Shown here piece after piece: positions 41,393 to 56,421 of a stretch of DNA of 64,000 nucleotides. Both the position numbers and the translations under genes were made by a program. The notes below the pieces were generated by a model. That model was not told the DNA's origin, did no database searches, and saw only the letters and a list, made by a program, of their open reading frames with translations. How positions within the stretch are numbered: the stretch's first letter is position 1; each line of letters starts with the position of its first letter. This DNA comes from the human T2T-CHM13v2.0 reference genome, Homo sapiens: the NCBI RefSeq assembly GCF_009914755.1, contig NC_060929.1; one strand, 5' to 3'.

Positions 41393-41860
41393 TGTTACCC
41401 ACACAATGGTGGGACCAGTCACTTGGCGAGTGACAGCCCAGTGGTAACAAGGAGGATTTAGCAAGCAGATTTTATTACTTGCAACAAGTAAGAAGAACAC
41501 CAGGAATAGCTCCCAAAGCAATGCTTCCCCAGGCTGGAGGCTGGGTCAGGTTTTATAAGCATAAGGTAATTAGGGGTGATCTGATTGGATAGTACAATGA
41601 GATGATGTCAAGAGTCATGATCTGACTGGATCTCGCCATGGAGTGACGCCAGACTCAATCTGATTGGATCCCGGATCCTGCCATGTGTAGTCCATTTCTT
41701 AATTGAGTGCCAGCTCCTCACCCAAGCATTTAGGTTCCCCTGTGGTTTCACACTTGCTTCATTTGAGCATGCTCGGGTTATATGACCTGAGGGTCTGTGA
41801 CAACTGAACGATCACTCATAACTTTGAAAAGTTGAACCAAATTGGTCTGGTGTAGCTACA
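41393..41860 (-). mobile_element. ERVL-type solo LTR (LTR53/LTR42-like; family uncertain)
   Basis: TG...CA termini; TTTATT (minus-strand polyA signal) near 41470 and TTTTATA (minus-strand TATA) near 41551; GGAGGATTTA...TTTTATTACTTGCAACAAGTAAG. Confidence 0.65.
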
Positions 41861-42270
41861 AAATGGATCTGAGGAATAATCTAGTTCTTTGTTTCTTTTC
41901 TTTCTGGTTCCATGCTCCAAAAGTATATTGCTCATCATTAATAGGGGCTCACCAAGAACACCACTCTGAACCTGAAGATATAAAATCAAGCCCTCCATCT
42001 CCTCCCTGCACCCAACTCTTGGGCAGGCATATCAGAAGCTCAGGGAGGAAGTGGGAATTCTGTGTCTGATAGATCCCACAGTTTTGAGAATTCGGAAAGC
42101 TCACTTATTTGATAGATGAGTAACCCAAGGCCTAGGGACAATTGGCTTGTCCACACTTAGATAAGTCATTTTTCTAGAGTTGGACTGCAAACTTAGACCT
42201 CCCAACACTCATGCTAATATCAATCTACTACAATCTCTACTCTTCTTTGATGGAACACTTATTAGATACT

Positions 42271-42922
<652 letters not shown>

Positions 42923-43711
42923 ATACTCAATGGCATTGTGTGGACTATGCATCAATTATTTATTAGCTTATATTTTCCCACTATTATGCAGTTATTCCTC
43001 ATAACTTTTTGGAAAGATAAAGCAGGTAGAATCCCCATTTTAAAATTATAAGATGTTATCTCACTTATCCTCATAACAGTACCTGAACTATTGACTCTAA
43101 GATATCAAGAAAAGTTTGGTGAATTAATTGTGACAATCTTGCATACTTAATAGTAAAATTAATTTATTAATAGTCAAAAATGTATTTTTGGCAAGTAGGA
43201 TGTTCATAAAAACATGAGAAGCACATTAGGAAATACTATACATGTAGTATCATATATAGTATTTATATATAGATATAATATATATAGATATTTTATAGAG
43301 AGAGATATTTTTTTATATATATATATGTAAAAACACAGACCTTATCCTTAAAAGGGTTGCATTTTTAGTGGTGAGACAAAATTTATTCATGAAAATCCTT
43401 TAGGAAATGTTCAATGGTCTTCAAAGAAGAATTTTATGAGATATTTCATAAAATCCTCTAAAAATATAACATGTGCACTCTATTAGAATAGTTTATCACG
43501 CTGAATTTTAATTGTCTGTTCCTTGTTTTCCTCTCTCCACTACATTTTTTTTAAAAAGGCAAAAAAGTCCATTGCCTAGCCTGATGACTATACATATTAG
43601 GCACCAAATAGTTGTTTATTGATTGATTATACACGAAAACAAAATCATATGCTTATTGTATCTGGTATATAGCAGTTTTTGCTATACCTGTGTAAATATA
43701 TTATCTAAATA

Positions 43712-44424
43712 CAGTAATCCCCAAATCCCATGGTTTTGCTTTCCATGGTTTCAGTTACTCCAGTTAACATTAACCACGGTCCGAAAACATTAAATGGAAA
43801 TGTCCAGAAATTAACAACTCATAAGTTTTCAATTGCACACTGTTCTGAGTAGTGTGATGAAATCTTGCATCATCTGCGCCATCCTGCTCCTTTCCTTCCT
43901 GTATGTGAATCATTCCTTTGTCTTGCTTGCTCACCCTGTAGACACTACCTGCCCATTAGTCACTTAGCAGCCATCTCAGTTATCAGTAGTTGGGTTCAAG
44001 TCACCCTTATTTTACCTAGTAATGGCTCCAAAGCACAACTGCAGTGATGGTGGCAATTCAGATATGCAAAAGAGAAGCCATAAGGTATTTCCCGTAAGGG
44101 AAAAGTGAAAGTTCTTAACTTAAAGGAAAAAAAAGTCAAAAAGGGTTACTAAGATCTATGATAAGAACAAATCTATCCGAGAAACTGTGAAGAAGGAAAA
44201 GAAACTCATCCCAGTTTTGCTGTCGCACCTCAAACTGTAAAACTTACAGCCACAGTGCGTGACAAGTGCTTAGTTAAGATAGAAAGGTTATTAAATTTAT
44301 GGATGAAGACATGAACATAAATGCGTTTTGATGGACAGCAACTGGGTTCAGTAGTATCCACAGTTTCAAGCATCCACTGGGGGGTCTTGGGATATACTCA
44401 CCTGCGTATAAGGAGGCACTACAG
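43712..44424 (+). mobile_element. MER44C/D (Tigger7-derived), near full length
   Basis: TA|CAGTAATCCCC...AAGGAGGCACTACAG|TA; about 710 bp; AAGCATCCACTGGGGGTCTTGG subterminal motif. Confidence 0.88.
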
Positions 44425-44510
44425 TACAATTATTTATTTAGTACACTTACATAGTTTATGCCTTATGTATAAGGTCAGACTTACCAGAACATTGTGATGT
44501 TTACTTCTTT

Positions 44511-44816
<306 letters not shown>

Positions 44817-45024
44817 GATGTTTACTTCTTTGGAAAAATTATTTATCATATAAACATTTTTGCTTCAACAGTTAAACCAATGCTTCTCAAGTTTTAATGT
44901 GTAAAATTGTGCTATAAAAAATCTAAAAACCAATGTTGAATACTAAATATTTTACATATACATGCTATATATCTATAAACACCAATTTATTCCTCCTACG
45001 AAGGAATAAGGGCTTTACATAAAT

Positions 45025-45195
45025 TGTTTTCTTTTTATCCTTACAACAACCTTATGAGACAGGAGCGGTTATTACCACCACTTTACAAATGAGAAAACCA
45101 AAGTAAGTTAGCTTAGGTCACAAAGTTATTAAATGGTGCAAGCAAGATATAAACATAGAGGACAAACTCCAGAATCAATTCTTTCAACCGCTGTG
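45025..45195 (-). mobile_element. MIR SINE
   Basis: ATCCTTACAACAACCTTATGAG...TTATTACCACCACTTTACAAATGAGAAAAC. Confidence 0.65.
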
Positions 45196-45203
45196 GTACA
45201 GTG

Positions 45204-45416
45204 CAGGACTCAGCAAACTCGGAGCCACACCAAACCACATCCAGCCGCTGCCTGTTTAGTAAATAAAGTTCCCCTGGAACACAGCCATACCCATTTGTTT
45301 GTCTATGGCTGCTTTAGAGCTGCAACAGTATGACTTCAATAGCAGTGACAGTCTATATGACCCTCTAAGTCTAAAATATGTACTGTCTGATCCTTTACAG
45401 AAAAATGCCACGCCTG
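45204..45416 (+). mobile_element. MER58A MITE
   Basis: GCCTGTTTAGTAAATAAAGTT...GGAACACAGCCAT...GTCTATGGCTGCTTT...CCTTTACAGAAAAA. Confidence 0.85.
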
Positions 45417-48294
45417 CTCTAGCAAATCATATATATCATTCAGTTTTGTGAATTAAATGATTTTGTCCTATAATTTTGAAATGTATTTTGTATCCTTAAT
45501 ATAGGATATAAAATGCAGCTGTGTTGCCCAAATTTTTCTCATTGTATTTCCAAGTAGTAGTTGAGCAACAATTCAGCACAGTTTTCTTACATTTTCTGTC
45601 ATTTTGATGAATGATTTATAAGACAAAGTGAGAACTGTCTTGCATTAACTCTTCCTCGATATGCTGGACATTCAACATTGGGCTCAAGGTGCATTAGAAA
45701 TGTATACTTATTAGGATTAACATTTTAAGATGTATTTTTTTAAAGGTTGCAAAATATTTATAGTTTTGAAATCAAAGGAAGGTTAGGTAACATTCTTTTG
45801 GGTGAATAACTTCAAAGTATATATATTTTTTAATTTTATTTTCTTACAAAGCTCCAGTTTAGAAGCTACAGAAGAAACATACATTGTAAAATTGGTAATA
45901 AATTGGAGAGGGATTGTGCAGCATATTTTCCTTACTAATTTTAAGGAGGAGTTTTTCAACATTATTGTGAATCATAATTATGTCATTATATGTTATAAAT
46001 ATATTACGTGTATTTACACTACATAATTAGACCTAATTCTAATTATGTAGATTCATGGTAATCAGCAAAATTTGCTTTAAAAAACCAAGATAATTCCTCT
46101 AACAGATGCTACCTTAATAGAATATTAAGTTTGAGAAAAATCTCATGAAAATAAGATAATTAATAAGTAATGATTAAACCTTAACTTGTAAGCAGAATAA
46201 CGCATCATGTCACACTTCTCCCAAACCTTCATTATAAGAAAAAGTGTTTGTTCTGGGACACACTGAAAACTTTGGTAAATAGTAGTTTAGAGAAATTATC
46301 TCTTAAATTGAAAGAGAAAGCAATCCAATAAAAATACCTCAAAGTTTTAAAGATTTGTTTTGGTTATAACATAAATACTCTCCTTTCAAAGCTCCTTATG
46401 TAAAAACCTTTTTTAAAAAATTGTTCTAGTAACAAAGAGGTAAATAAAAACACTATTTCCCACTGGAATCATGTTCTCTAGATGTTAAATCTAGCATCAT
46501 TGCTGTAAATTGCTAGTTGTAGTCTTTGATTGACATGTTTACCCAGATAATGTAACAGTTTTTGTGAAAGAAATCTACTTAGTGTCTGGATGACATGAAA
46601 CATGTTTCTTGTGGAAGGAAAAGACCAAAGTATTCTTTCAAATGGGAGTCTTTTCTCTTCGAATCTTTGAAGCTGATAACTAATCATGTAATCTGTTTTA
46701 TTCCCTCATTTACCCAATATTAGTAGTTCAATTGCAATATGTGTCTAACTATACCTTTGAAATCCCCTCAAGGGCTCTGTCCTTGACTTTATTTCGGATT
46801 CATTTTCGATGCTGAGTTGCACAGGTATCCATTCTGCACAGCAAGGTGTTTGACCGAGGAACTCGTTTGGTTATGTTGAGTATTCTCTGTCTTTTCTATC
46901 AGGTTTTAACCCTAGCTTTTTCTAGAAATGTGGAACAACTTGCCACAAATACTTCACATGAAGGAAATCACTCATTATTTCTAATGATTTTCCCACTAAG
47001 TGAAAAGTATATATATATATATGTATATGTTTCTTTCCCTGTAAAATATATTATTCCTTTTGAAGCTGCCACAGATGGCAAATTACCATGGGGGCAATAA
47101 ATGATATTTCCAAAGCACCTTGAACTTGTGCAGGCGAACTTGATCTTCACATGATCCTGAGCCTTAAGGGTGTAAAATAGCAAGTGGCCAGGATACCACA
47201 AGAAGGAAGCAAAACAACTTTTTCTCAGATAATTAGTCAGAGTAGGCAAAAGATAGCCCCCACAGTGACCTTTTGACTATTCAGCCAGTGGATCTGGGGC
47301 TCAGCAATCAGTCTGTGCTGAACTCCTCTACAGTCAATCAATCCTAAACTGATAAGCCAATGACTTGTTTAAACAGGCCCAGTGAACTTTTGTGGCCATT
47401 GACTTTGGAAGCCCTGCCTTGCCACTGGTTTGGGAAGCCACCTTTACAAGGGTTTTTTTGTGCCCTTTTATGTCCACATGCAAGTCAATTCCCAAGGCTT
47501 TAATCTTTTCTGAGTTAATATCCCTCTGACAATCTGAAAACCCGAACCCACAAATCCTATTCTTTGCATTGGAATAGGTTTTCCTTGCCTTGGGAGTCAG
47601 TAAACTTAGCTACACACTCAATTTGTTTCATTCTTTATTTACATCTACCAGAGAAATTAGATCAATCCTGATACAAAAAAAATAAAGTCAACAAAGTTTT
47701 ATGTCAACCTTATCTACAGCAGAACCTTAGCAGTTAAAGATTTAATATGTATAGTTTTGATTATATTTCGAAATTGCACATGCCATTTGCAATTTTTATA
47801 CCAAGATACAAATTTGGATTGAGCCTTTCCAGGCTGTGTTATCTTACTGTCACTTGACTGATGAAGGAGTCTAGAACCCACACTTTGGAAGAGCTTATTT
47901 TCGTTCTCATTATAAGACCAGCAACTGGGAAAGAGTGAGCAAACTGTAACTTCTTTCTGAATACTGGCTACTGGCCTAACCAGCCAATTGCTAGTCCTAG
48001 TCACAGAAATGAAAAGGCTTAAGAAAAGAAGTAGCTTGTACCTAGAAAATCATTTCGTAAATCATTTTTATAATTATTATGTATTTAGTATTGATCTAAA
48101 GGAGTTATTTAAAACTTTTTGGTTATATCTTAATTTTGTGGGAGAGATAATAATGTACATTGTTATTTGGAGAGGAACCTTCCAAAGGATGTTTGACATG
48201 TCCTGCATATGAGTGGCTACTTCCTATTTACTCATTCCCCAAACATTATCATATGCGTGACCATTTTCAGCCCTAAAGAAGTATACAACTTGCC

Positions 48295-48421
48295 GGCCAG
48301 GCACGGTGGCTCACGCCTGTAATCCCAGCACTTTGGGAGGCCGAGGCGGGTGGATCACGAGGTCAGGAGATCAAGACCATCCTGGTTAACATGGTGAAAC
48401 CCCGTCTCTACTAAAAATACA
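48295..48421 (+). mobile_element. Alu left arm only (AluY/Sc8-like), no right arm or tail
   Basis: GGCCAGGCACGG...GGAGATCAAGACCATCCTGGTTAAC...CTAAAAATACA then unique sequence. Confidence 0.95.
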
Positions 48422-49423
48422 TTTCCCTTGTCCTGCAAAGCATTCTTAGACACCAACTCCATACCACTGGCTAGATGCAAAGGGAAATTGGCCTAATATT
48501 GGTTCTTGGAACCTCAGAAACTAAGAGGATACTAGATAACACAGAATGGAAAGAATTATGCAGATTTTAGAGGAAACTGTACATTCCTAGGAGGTCAAGT
48601 CCCTGTGGTTGATTTTTTTTTGTTTTGTTTTTTAAATGAGTGGCTAATGTTTCTTTTGCATTGGAGGCCAGACCACTGGAACATTAACATTTCAATATTT
48701 GAAACTATGTTTTTCATTCAATAGCATGTCTATAGAGCCTAAAACAGTGTCTAAGGAAGAGGATATGCTTAGTGAATATTTCTAAATGATCATTTTATTC
48801 ATTTTCTTTTTTAAATGTATTTATGCAGCACAAAAACAGCATACCACAGTCGCATTAGGTGCTTGAAATAATTTGGAGAGCAAATCAGTTAAAATGACTA
48901 GAAAGGAATGAGACAATGTCTGAGATAAGCCCTGATATTCCCATTTGCCTTGTCCAAGGTAGACATTGATAATTCATCACAGTCCTCTTTCCTGCTGAGC
49001 CTGGATGCAGCATCAGAATCCTCCTCAATACAGGGCTTCCATCAGCCACTACCAATCAGCTGGAGTTGGCAGCTATTTCCAAACCATTTGCCACTGTTGG
49101 ACTAGACTGTATTTCCCTAGAACCTTAAACAGAAGGTAGCATCTTCTAATCTTCAGACTTGCTTGCCTTTTCAAACTCCCACTGTGATTATTTTCTACTA
49201 CCTGTTTCATATAGTCAGTTAATCTCATGAATTTCAAATGCTGACCTAGATGCAGATGTTTTTGTGGATACACTATATTTAAAGAGAAACTTCTCAGACT
49301 TCAGATCCATAATACAAATTTCATTATTCTGCTTCTACATTTTAGGATGAAATGGAAATTTTCTAGCTAATTGTTTGAGATGCATAATTATCAAAGAGAA
49401 CTAAAGAATCCCCTCTACTAATC

Positions 49424-49651
49424 CAGTGATTCTCAACCAGGGGGGATTTTACTCAGCAGGGGACATTTAACAATATCTAGAGACATTTTGGTTGTCATAA
49501 ATTGGTGTGTTGGGGGAATGCTACTGGCATGTAGTAGGTAGAGGAGAGCAGTGCTGCTAAACATCCTAAAATGCACAGGACAGACCCCACGCCTTCAACA
49601 AATAATTATCTAGTCCCAAAATGTCAATAGTGTTCATATTGACAAACCCTG
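49424..49651 (+). mobile_element. MER20 MITE
   Basis: CAGTGATTCTCAACCAGGGGG...TGCTGCTAAACATCCTAAAATGCACAGGACAG...AATGTCAATAGTG...AAACCCTG. Confidence 0.92.
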
Positions 49652-51259
49652 TTCCACACTATTAAAACACTTAATTATATGTAGATGTTGAAGAAGATAA
49701 TTTTGGAACTTAAATCTTTATGCTATTAATTTGATTTACAAGGGAAACTAAATACTCTTTCTTAAAAAAAAAAAAAAAAAAGTGTAGTCATGCTCATATT
49801 TGAAATCTACCTTTGGGTCCAGTGTCACAATTTGATGAGTAAGACATTCCCAAGAGACAAACAGTCAGTGGGATGCCACGGGGCCTGCCTACAGACTGCA
49901 ATTGAAACTCGACATTGTACTTCTTTTTCATCATAGGTGAATGACCAAAGTGTGAGCTCTTCAATGTTTCACACTATATTGAATCTCACACAGAGAAACT
50001 GCTCTTGTAATACAAGATGGATTTCAAGGGTTCTCCATTTTTTTTAAGTGTTAAGTTTAGTCTAGCAAGATTTTTTCCCTAGGAAAACTTGGTTCTATCT
50101 ATCAAACAGACCAGTTGCTCATTTATGAAATATTTCCATTACCAGATGTAGTTAAGTTTTGCTAATGAAATGAAGGGAGTGAGAAGATTTTTTTTTTCAC
50201 TTCTACCTCAAAACAAAACTTTGCTTTCTGAGGATTAAATCCACCACTTCTCCCTGTCTCATTGTCAACTAGACATAGTGAGGGTCTTTTAGACAGATTC
50301 TCGAGACACACTGGCTGAGAGCATTTCATATTAACTCAAATATATAAGCCTTAATAAGCCAATTTCCCATTCAGTTTAATCTATTTTCAGCAGATCAAAA
50401 TAATTAAAAATGCTAACAGTTATGGTAATTTCAATACACTGTGAGAGAAGCAATTTAGATAGCACCTTCCCGACGAATCTATATTTGTATAAATGCTGAT
50501 CAAGAATATTTGTTCAATTTTATACAAATCAAACATGAATAATTTCTTCCATATTACTCCTTCCATTGTTGTGTTTTCCCTCTATCTAATTATCCATTTG
50601 CTGCTGGCATGCTGCTCTGGGAAGATTTGATTAAAATCAATAAGTTATTGGGAAGATGGCAATTAGCAGTCTTTCACCTATAATAGCATTGTCTGTTAGG
50701 CTTCCTTTGTGTTAATCATGATATTTTAGCATGACTTTCCTATCCAGCCATGCAATTTAATGAAATGGAAGGTTTAAAAAGCATCCTTAATTTGGGGCAC
50801 TGGCAGTACGCTTCTCTGTTTTTCACTGTTTTGATAGGAGTACCCAGCATTTCTGCAGTACATCAGAATCCTCATCTCCTTTGAGACTTTCCCAATTTTA
50901 AGATCTCAGAAATATCTGCAGAGAAGTTCATACTGCATAAACTTCAAGTGGGTTCAATGTAGCATAAAGATGCCAGCAAATATCAATGCATAGATTTGTT
51001 TAACTATTTCAAAGTGACTTGATAGTTTGTTTGTAATAGGTAATTGACATGGCAAAGTTCTTCACTTTGGCTGTATGATATTGAGTGGTAAATGCCTGGG
51101 CTAAAGACTGAACCTTGACCAATGCCCCTTGACAGCAAGTAATGATTGTCAAAGTCATTAATTAGAATAAGGCCATGGCACTCTCCTTTTTATGTTTGTT
51201 ATCATTTGTTTCTTTTTTTCTGAATGTTCATTTTAGCCACTCTTTCCTTAGAGGAAGCG

Positions 51260-51295
51260 CACACACACACACACACACAGACACACACACACACA
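51260..51295. repeat. (CA)n microsatellite, interrupted
   Basis: CA run with one GA interruption. Confidence 0.97.
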
Positions 51296-51313
51296 AATGA
51301 GCTTGCTGTTTAG

Positions 51314-51653
<340 letters not shown>

Positions 51654-53139
51654 TAGCCAAAATTTTTACATAATGAGAATTGCTGTGAAAACATGAACAC
51701 TTAAACTAGGAAGTGGATTATGTTCATGTTAGACTTGTAACTAAGATCTTAATTCATAAATTGACAAATCCTTGTTTAGAGAATTAGTACCAAAATAAAA
51801 CATTAATATGGAAATACTCAGATATTTGTGAACATGTGGAAACATCTTGATTTCGTAGGACATTTCCTATTGATGTTTTGCCTAATCCTAGTGTGTTGTC
51901 AGCTAGTTCCTCGAAAGATCCAAAGTCCCAAACAAGGATATGCAAGACTAATAAAAAAGAAATATGGAAATGGGTCTCACCCTTAAGGAATTGTCTGTCT
52001 AAAAAACCAAAAGAAGTAAAGAGGTAATGCAATTACACGGATTATTCAAAGTAACTTGTAGGGAAAAAGAAACTTCCATATCAATTAATCAGATTTTTTT
52101 CTAACTATAATGCTCAAATTTTCTGGATAATTGTAAAGTGCTCCATTATATTTACCCTCATAAACACAGTCTGAAATAAATGAAATAACTGAAGACACTC
52201 AACACCACATTAACTCCTTAATTTTTAAAAATACAATTTTTTTCTCTGTACTGGGAAGTTTCTGGGTACTTAGTGTCATTTTTATGCACCTAATAAATGT
52301 AAATGACTATTTTGTAATAAAAATGGGCCTCATTTTAGACTGAGAAGAAAGTTGGAGGAATTTTTTTCCAGCTAACACCTGAAATTCTTATTGTAAAATC
52401 TTTTAACAGAATTCTTATATTGTAATGTTACTTAGATGTCAACATCATCAGCAAGATAACACACATATTATTTTAATGAAAGCAATGACTTCATTTTTGC
52501 CCCTTAAGTATTTGAAATAAATATGTTTTCTAATATATAATATATATTTATACGTATGGAACTATCTTGGAAAGTGACATAATTATAAGTCTTCTAATAG
52601 AAAGCTTGCTGTTAATTTACATCTTGAATATAGAGTAGTTTTAGAAATGACTTCAAAAGAACAGTGAATTTTAAATGGCAGTAAGAGAAAGAAGCACACA
52701 GAATTATGTTGGCTCCTTCTCTCATCAGATTTAGGCTGTTTTCTTTGTTATCACAGAGCTATTCTCTTGTATGTTTTCTGACAGTTGGCTCCCAACCCCA
52801 TCTAATTTTATCAATCAGAGATTTAGAAACAATTATGTAATCCATTTAAACATTTTACCATTTACAATCTACTGTGTATTATTGAATCAGTTATTCAAAG
52901 TGGATTTGTCCTAGCTGTGGTTGAAATGTGAATGAGTGCACATTACAGAAGAATTAGGAAGAGCTGGACATGCACACCATTATATGGCTCTGGTAGGATG
53001 CCACAGTGTAGGTATCAGATATCAGTGGGCACCTGTGGGCAGATAATTCTGTAGGGAGGACTGTAGCAATGACTGCCCAGAGAGAGGTGAGAGGGCACCA
53101 AATAAAATGTTTGTCCAATTTGCATTTTGACATGGGCAC

Positions 53140-53315
53140 TAGTTCTGCTCTCAAAGTAAAATAATAAATAAATAAATAAAGCTGAGATTCTTGAAGCCAA
53201 TCTCTAGGATTGCAGAAACGGTATCTCACTGGTGGTGCCTAGGGAAGTGTATTTTAATAAACATGCTTGTCGATTTAGATGCAGGTGGTCCAAAGTCTAC
53301 AGCCTGAGAAACAGA
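53140..53315. mobile_element. MER5-family MITE, degraded
   Basis: TGTATTTTAATAA...GATGCAGGTGGTCC...TGAGAAAC. Confidence 0.55.
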
Positions 53316-53994
53316 GATGACCTAAAGACAAAAGAAAATTCACGTCTTCTGCCCTAGTTCTACCCGCTACAGTTAACCACCATCTGGTCTGAATTATTCC
53401 TACAGAATAAGATATGATTGAAAGATTTACACAGTGTGATTTGCTATGCTAGAAGACTCACTAGAAATATCGTAGGTTTTGCCTGATTCCTCACGGTTCT
53501 TGAACACATCGTAGGGTATTTTTGGTGGGAGTGTGTTTTCGGGGAGAATCTACTTTTGAAAGTTTAGGGCATTATTGGAATCAGAGTCAGATAAGGGGGA
53601 GGCTAATTGGTGGTTTTCCAGAGCACAACTCTATAAGGGACACTAAGATATCACCACAGGTACAATGAGATGGATAATATTGTATTTTCCAGAAATTCTC
53701 TCTGAAAGAAATAATTCAATTAGATGCTTGAGGATTGGGAGTGCAGGGCAGGTGAGATCCCTGAAGTAAATGCTTTGGGAACAATGGCAGATCCTTCAAT
53801 CCCATTCCAAGAAAGGAAGTTCTGGTTAACTGAAAGGTTTTTGCTTTGTTGAGTGGGTCATCAGACATTGAGACTAAAGCTAAGTCTCTTGGGACAATAG
53901 AGCGATAATTTTCTATGTGTTACATACCTTGCAACAGACAAGTCCAGTTTCCAGGATGCTTTGAGCTCCTCAGGGAGCAATAAACATGTAATTA

Positions 53995-54900
53995 ATTTTC
54001 TTCATTCATCAAATATATTTTAACCATCTCTGACATGTTAGAGAATTTTAAAAAATTAAAAAGACAGTTTCTTGCTCCCAAGCATTTACAGGCTACTGTT
54101 TGGAAAACAGACATGCACACAAAGATATCCCATGGCAAGAGTATTGCTTTAAAGGTACAGTAGAAGCCCAGAGAAAGCCAAGGTTGTGCCTCGGGGCATC
54201 TGAGAAAGCCTTCAACAGTAAAATGTGAGCTGACAATAGAAGTCTGACAAGGCAAGACAGGGCACTTTGAGTAGCAGGAACAGCATATGCAAGGGCAAGG
54301 TGCTGTATTTAAAAAAATATGCTCAGGAGATGGCTAAAGCTTTCTGAGAGTGAAAGAGAATGTGAGAGAAGAGCTGGACAGCTGGACAGTGCTTGAACTA
54401 AACCTAATCTTCATGCTAAGAAGTTGAGATTGTTCATCACCTAGTTCTATAGATGACCATTGATCTGTGTTTTAACAGGTTTTTTTCAGGAGCACTTTAC
54501 TAAAATTGAAATACTCAATGCTCAATGCTTAGAAGCCTTTAAGGTGTTTTGAGCTGGATACTTCCATGGCCACACTGGCATGCAAGTTTCTTCTGAGACA
54601 CAGTGAATGTTGAAATGAAAGTGGGAAGACTGTATGCAGAAAAGTTTAGTAACAATTGGAAGTCCAGACAAGAGATGATATGGTTCTCAACTAGGTGAGT
54701 CATAAAGATGATTGAAAGAAAGAGATGAAGAAGGGAATAGACTGGAGAGAAATCAAGAGGCTAAGGAACCAGGAAGGTTGGCCACGGTGTCAAAGTGTTT
54801 CTTACTAAGTTACCAGTTTTTGGCTTTATTCTTTTTTTTGGCTGGCAATGTAGTTTTGGAGAAGGGTCAGATTAGTTTTGATAATGTTGAATAGAATAAA
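53995..54900 (-). mobile_element. L2 LINE fragments
   Basis: TTCATTCATCAAATATATT start; CAGGAACAGCATATGCAAGGGC; ATTAGTTTTGATAATGTTGA. Confidence 0.55.
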
Positions 54901-55276
54901 CACTCCTAAAATGGATTAGACCTCTATTAAATCATTGAACATATATTTAACTAATAATGTCTCAATGTTAAATTCTAAGTGAAAAAACTGCTTATTATCA
55001 TCCACTTTAATTCTGTCCATAAGAGTCACTGGGCAAGGAAAGCTACTAAGAAAGAAACAGTTGGGGGTTCTTTTTTGGACCGCAAAAGCAGGTAATTTTG
55101 GAGACAGATACATCTTGTGGACCAAGCTTCAGGTTCTCCTCATGGAGACAAAGCACATTTCAATAGCCCAAGAGCAGTTCTCCATTGCAAGAGTTGCTAT
55201 TTCTGGAAATAAAAGGACATTGAAGCCAGGAGCATTTACAAAAGAGGTAAAATGGGAACCAGGAGAATCTTGATAA

Positions 55277-55653
<377 letters not shown>

Positions 55654-55800
55654 TCTCCTGTCACTCTTAATTTTTGTTCACAGGACATCTCAGAGTTGTA
55701 ATGAATTAACTGTGATGTAATATTTTGAAAATATATTCCTCCCCGTCTAAATCATAAACTCAATGAGGATAGAAATTAGAATTTATTTTTTGTTGACAGC

Positions 55801-56421
55801 TCTGTCAGTCAGGGTTCAATCAGAGAAGCGGAACCACTTAGACAATACTTACATGTGATACTAAGGGTTTTACTATAGGCATTTGACATTGTGTCATGTG
55901 GGAGCTGGTGAAGAAGTCTCTGTAGGGCTCTTTCTTCATGTCTGATACTGGAACTTAAAGCCCACAGGCAGGCAGGCAAGGAAGAAAAGATGGCTGTCAA
56001 ATGGTAGAGGTGAAAAGGAGTCCAGGGCCCATGGCATGAGCTAAAACTCCACACGTATGACCTGAAGCCCATGTCAGTTCTTGTTTCCTCTGACTTTCAT
56101 GGTGTGGATGTCCTGCAGAAACCAGGGTGCTTTTTCATGGAGCTGGACCCACATTTTTGGTTTCTGAGTCAAAGAAGTTTAAGGAAGATCCAGGGGAAGG
56201 TGGAGCCCAGGCCCACCTGCTAACTCACATCATTGCGGTAAGTTAGCAGATTCTTAACAATATTTGTGAGTTACAAAATGTCTGTTGCTCCACTTCCACC
56301 CCGCAACATCTCCCACAAGATATGTCTGTGGTAGCCCACCCTAACCAGGAATATCTAGAAAATGGAATTCTGGGAAATGTAGTTCAGAGCAGCTAAGTTG
56401 CTCCATTACAAAGTTGCCACA
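55801..56421 (-). mobile_element. ERVL solo LTR, LTR41-like, inserted in an L2 tail
   Basis: Reverse complement starts TGTGGCAACTTTGTAATG...CAACTTAG...GAACTACATTTCCCAGAATTCC; TSD A(C/T)AGC at 55796-55800 and 56422-56426. Confidence 0.75.

Noticed and set aside
45830-45900. Possible 43-nt exon (AAAG|CTCC...ATTG|GTAATA); isolated acceptors near 8620, 16443, 46902, 49937 and 60406
   Set aside because: Weak or unpaired splice signals, expected by chance in 64 kb of AT-rich DNA.
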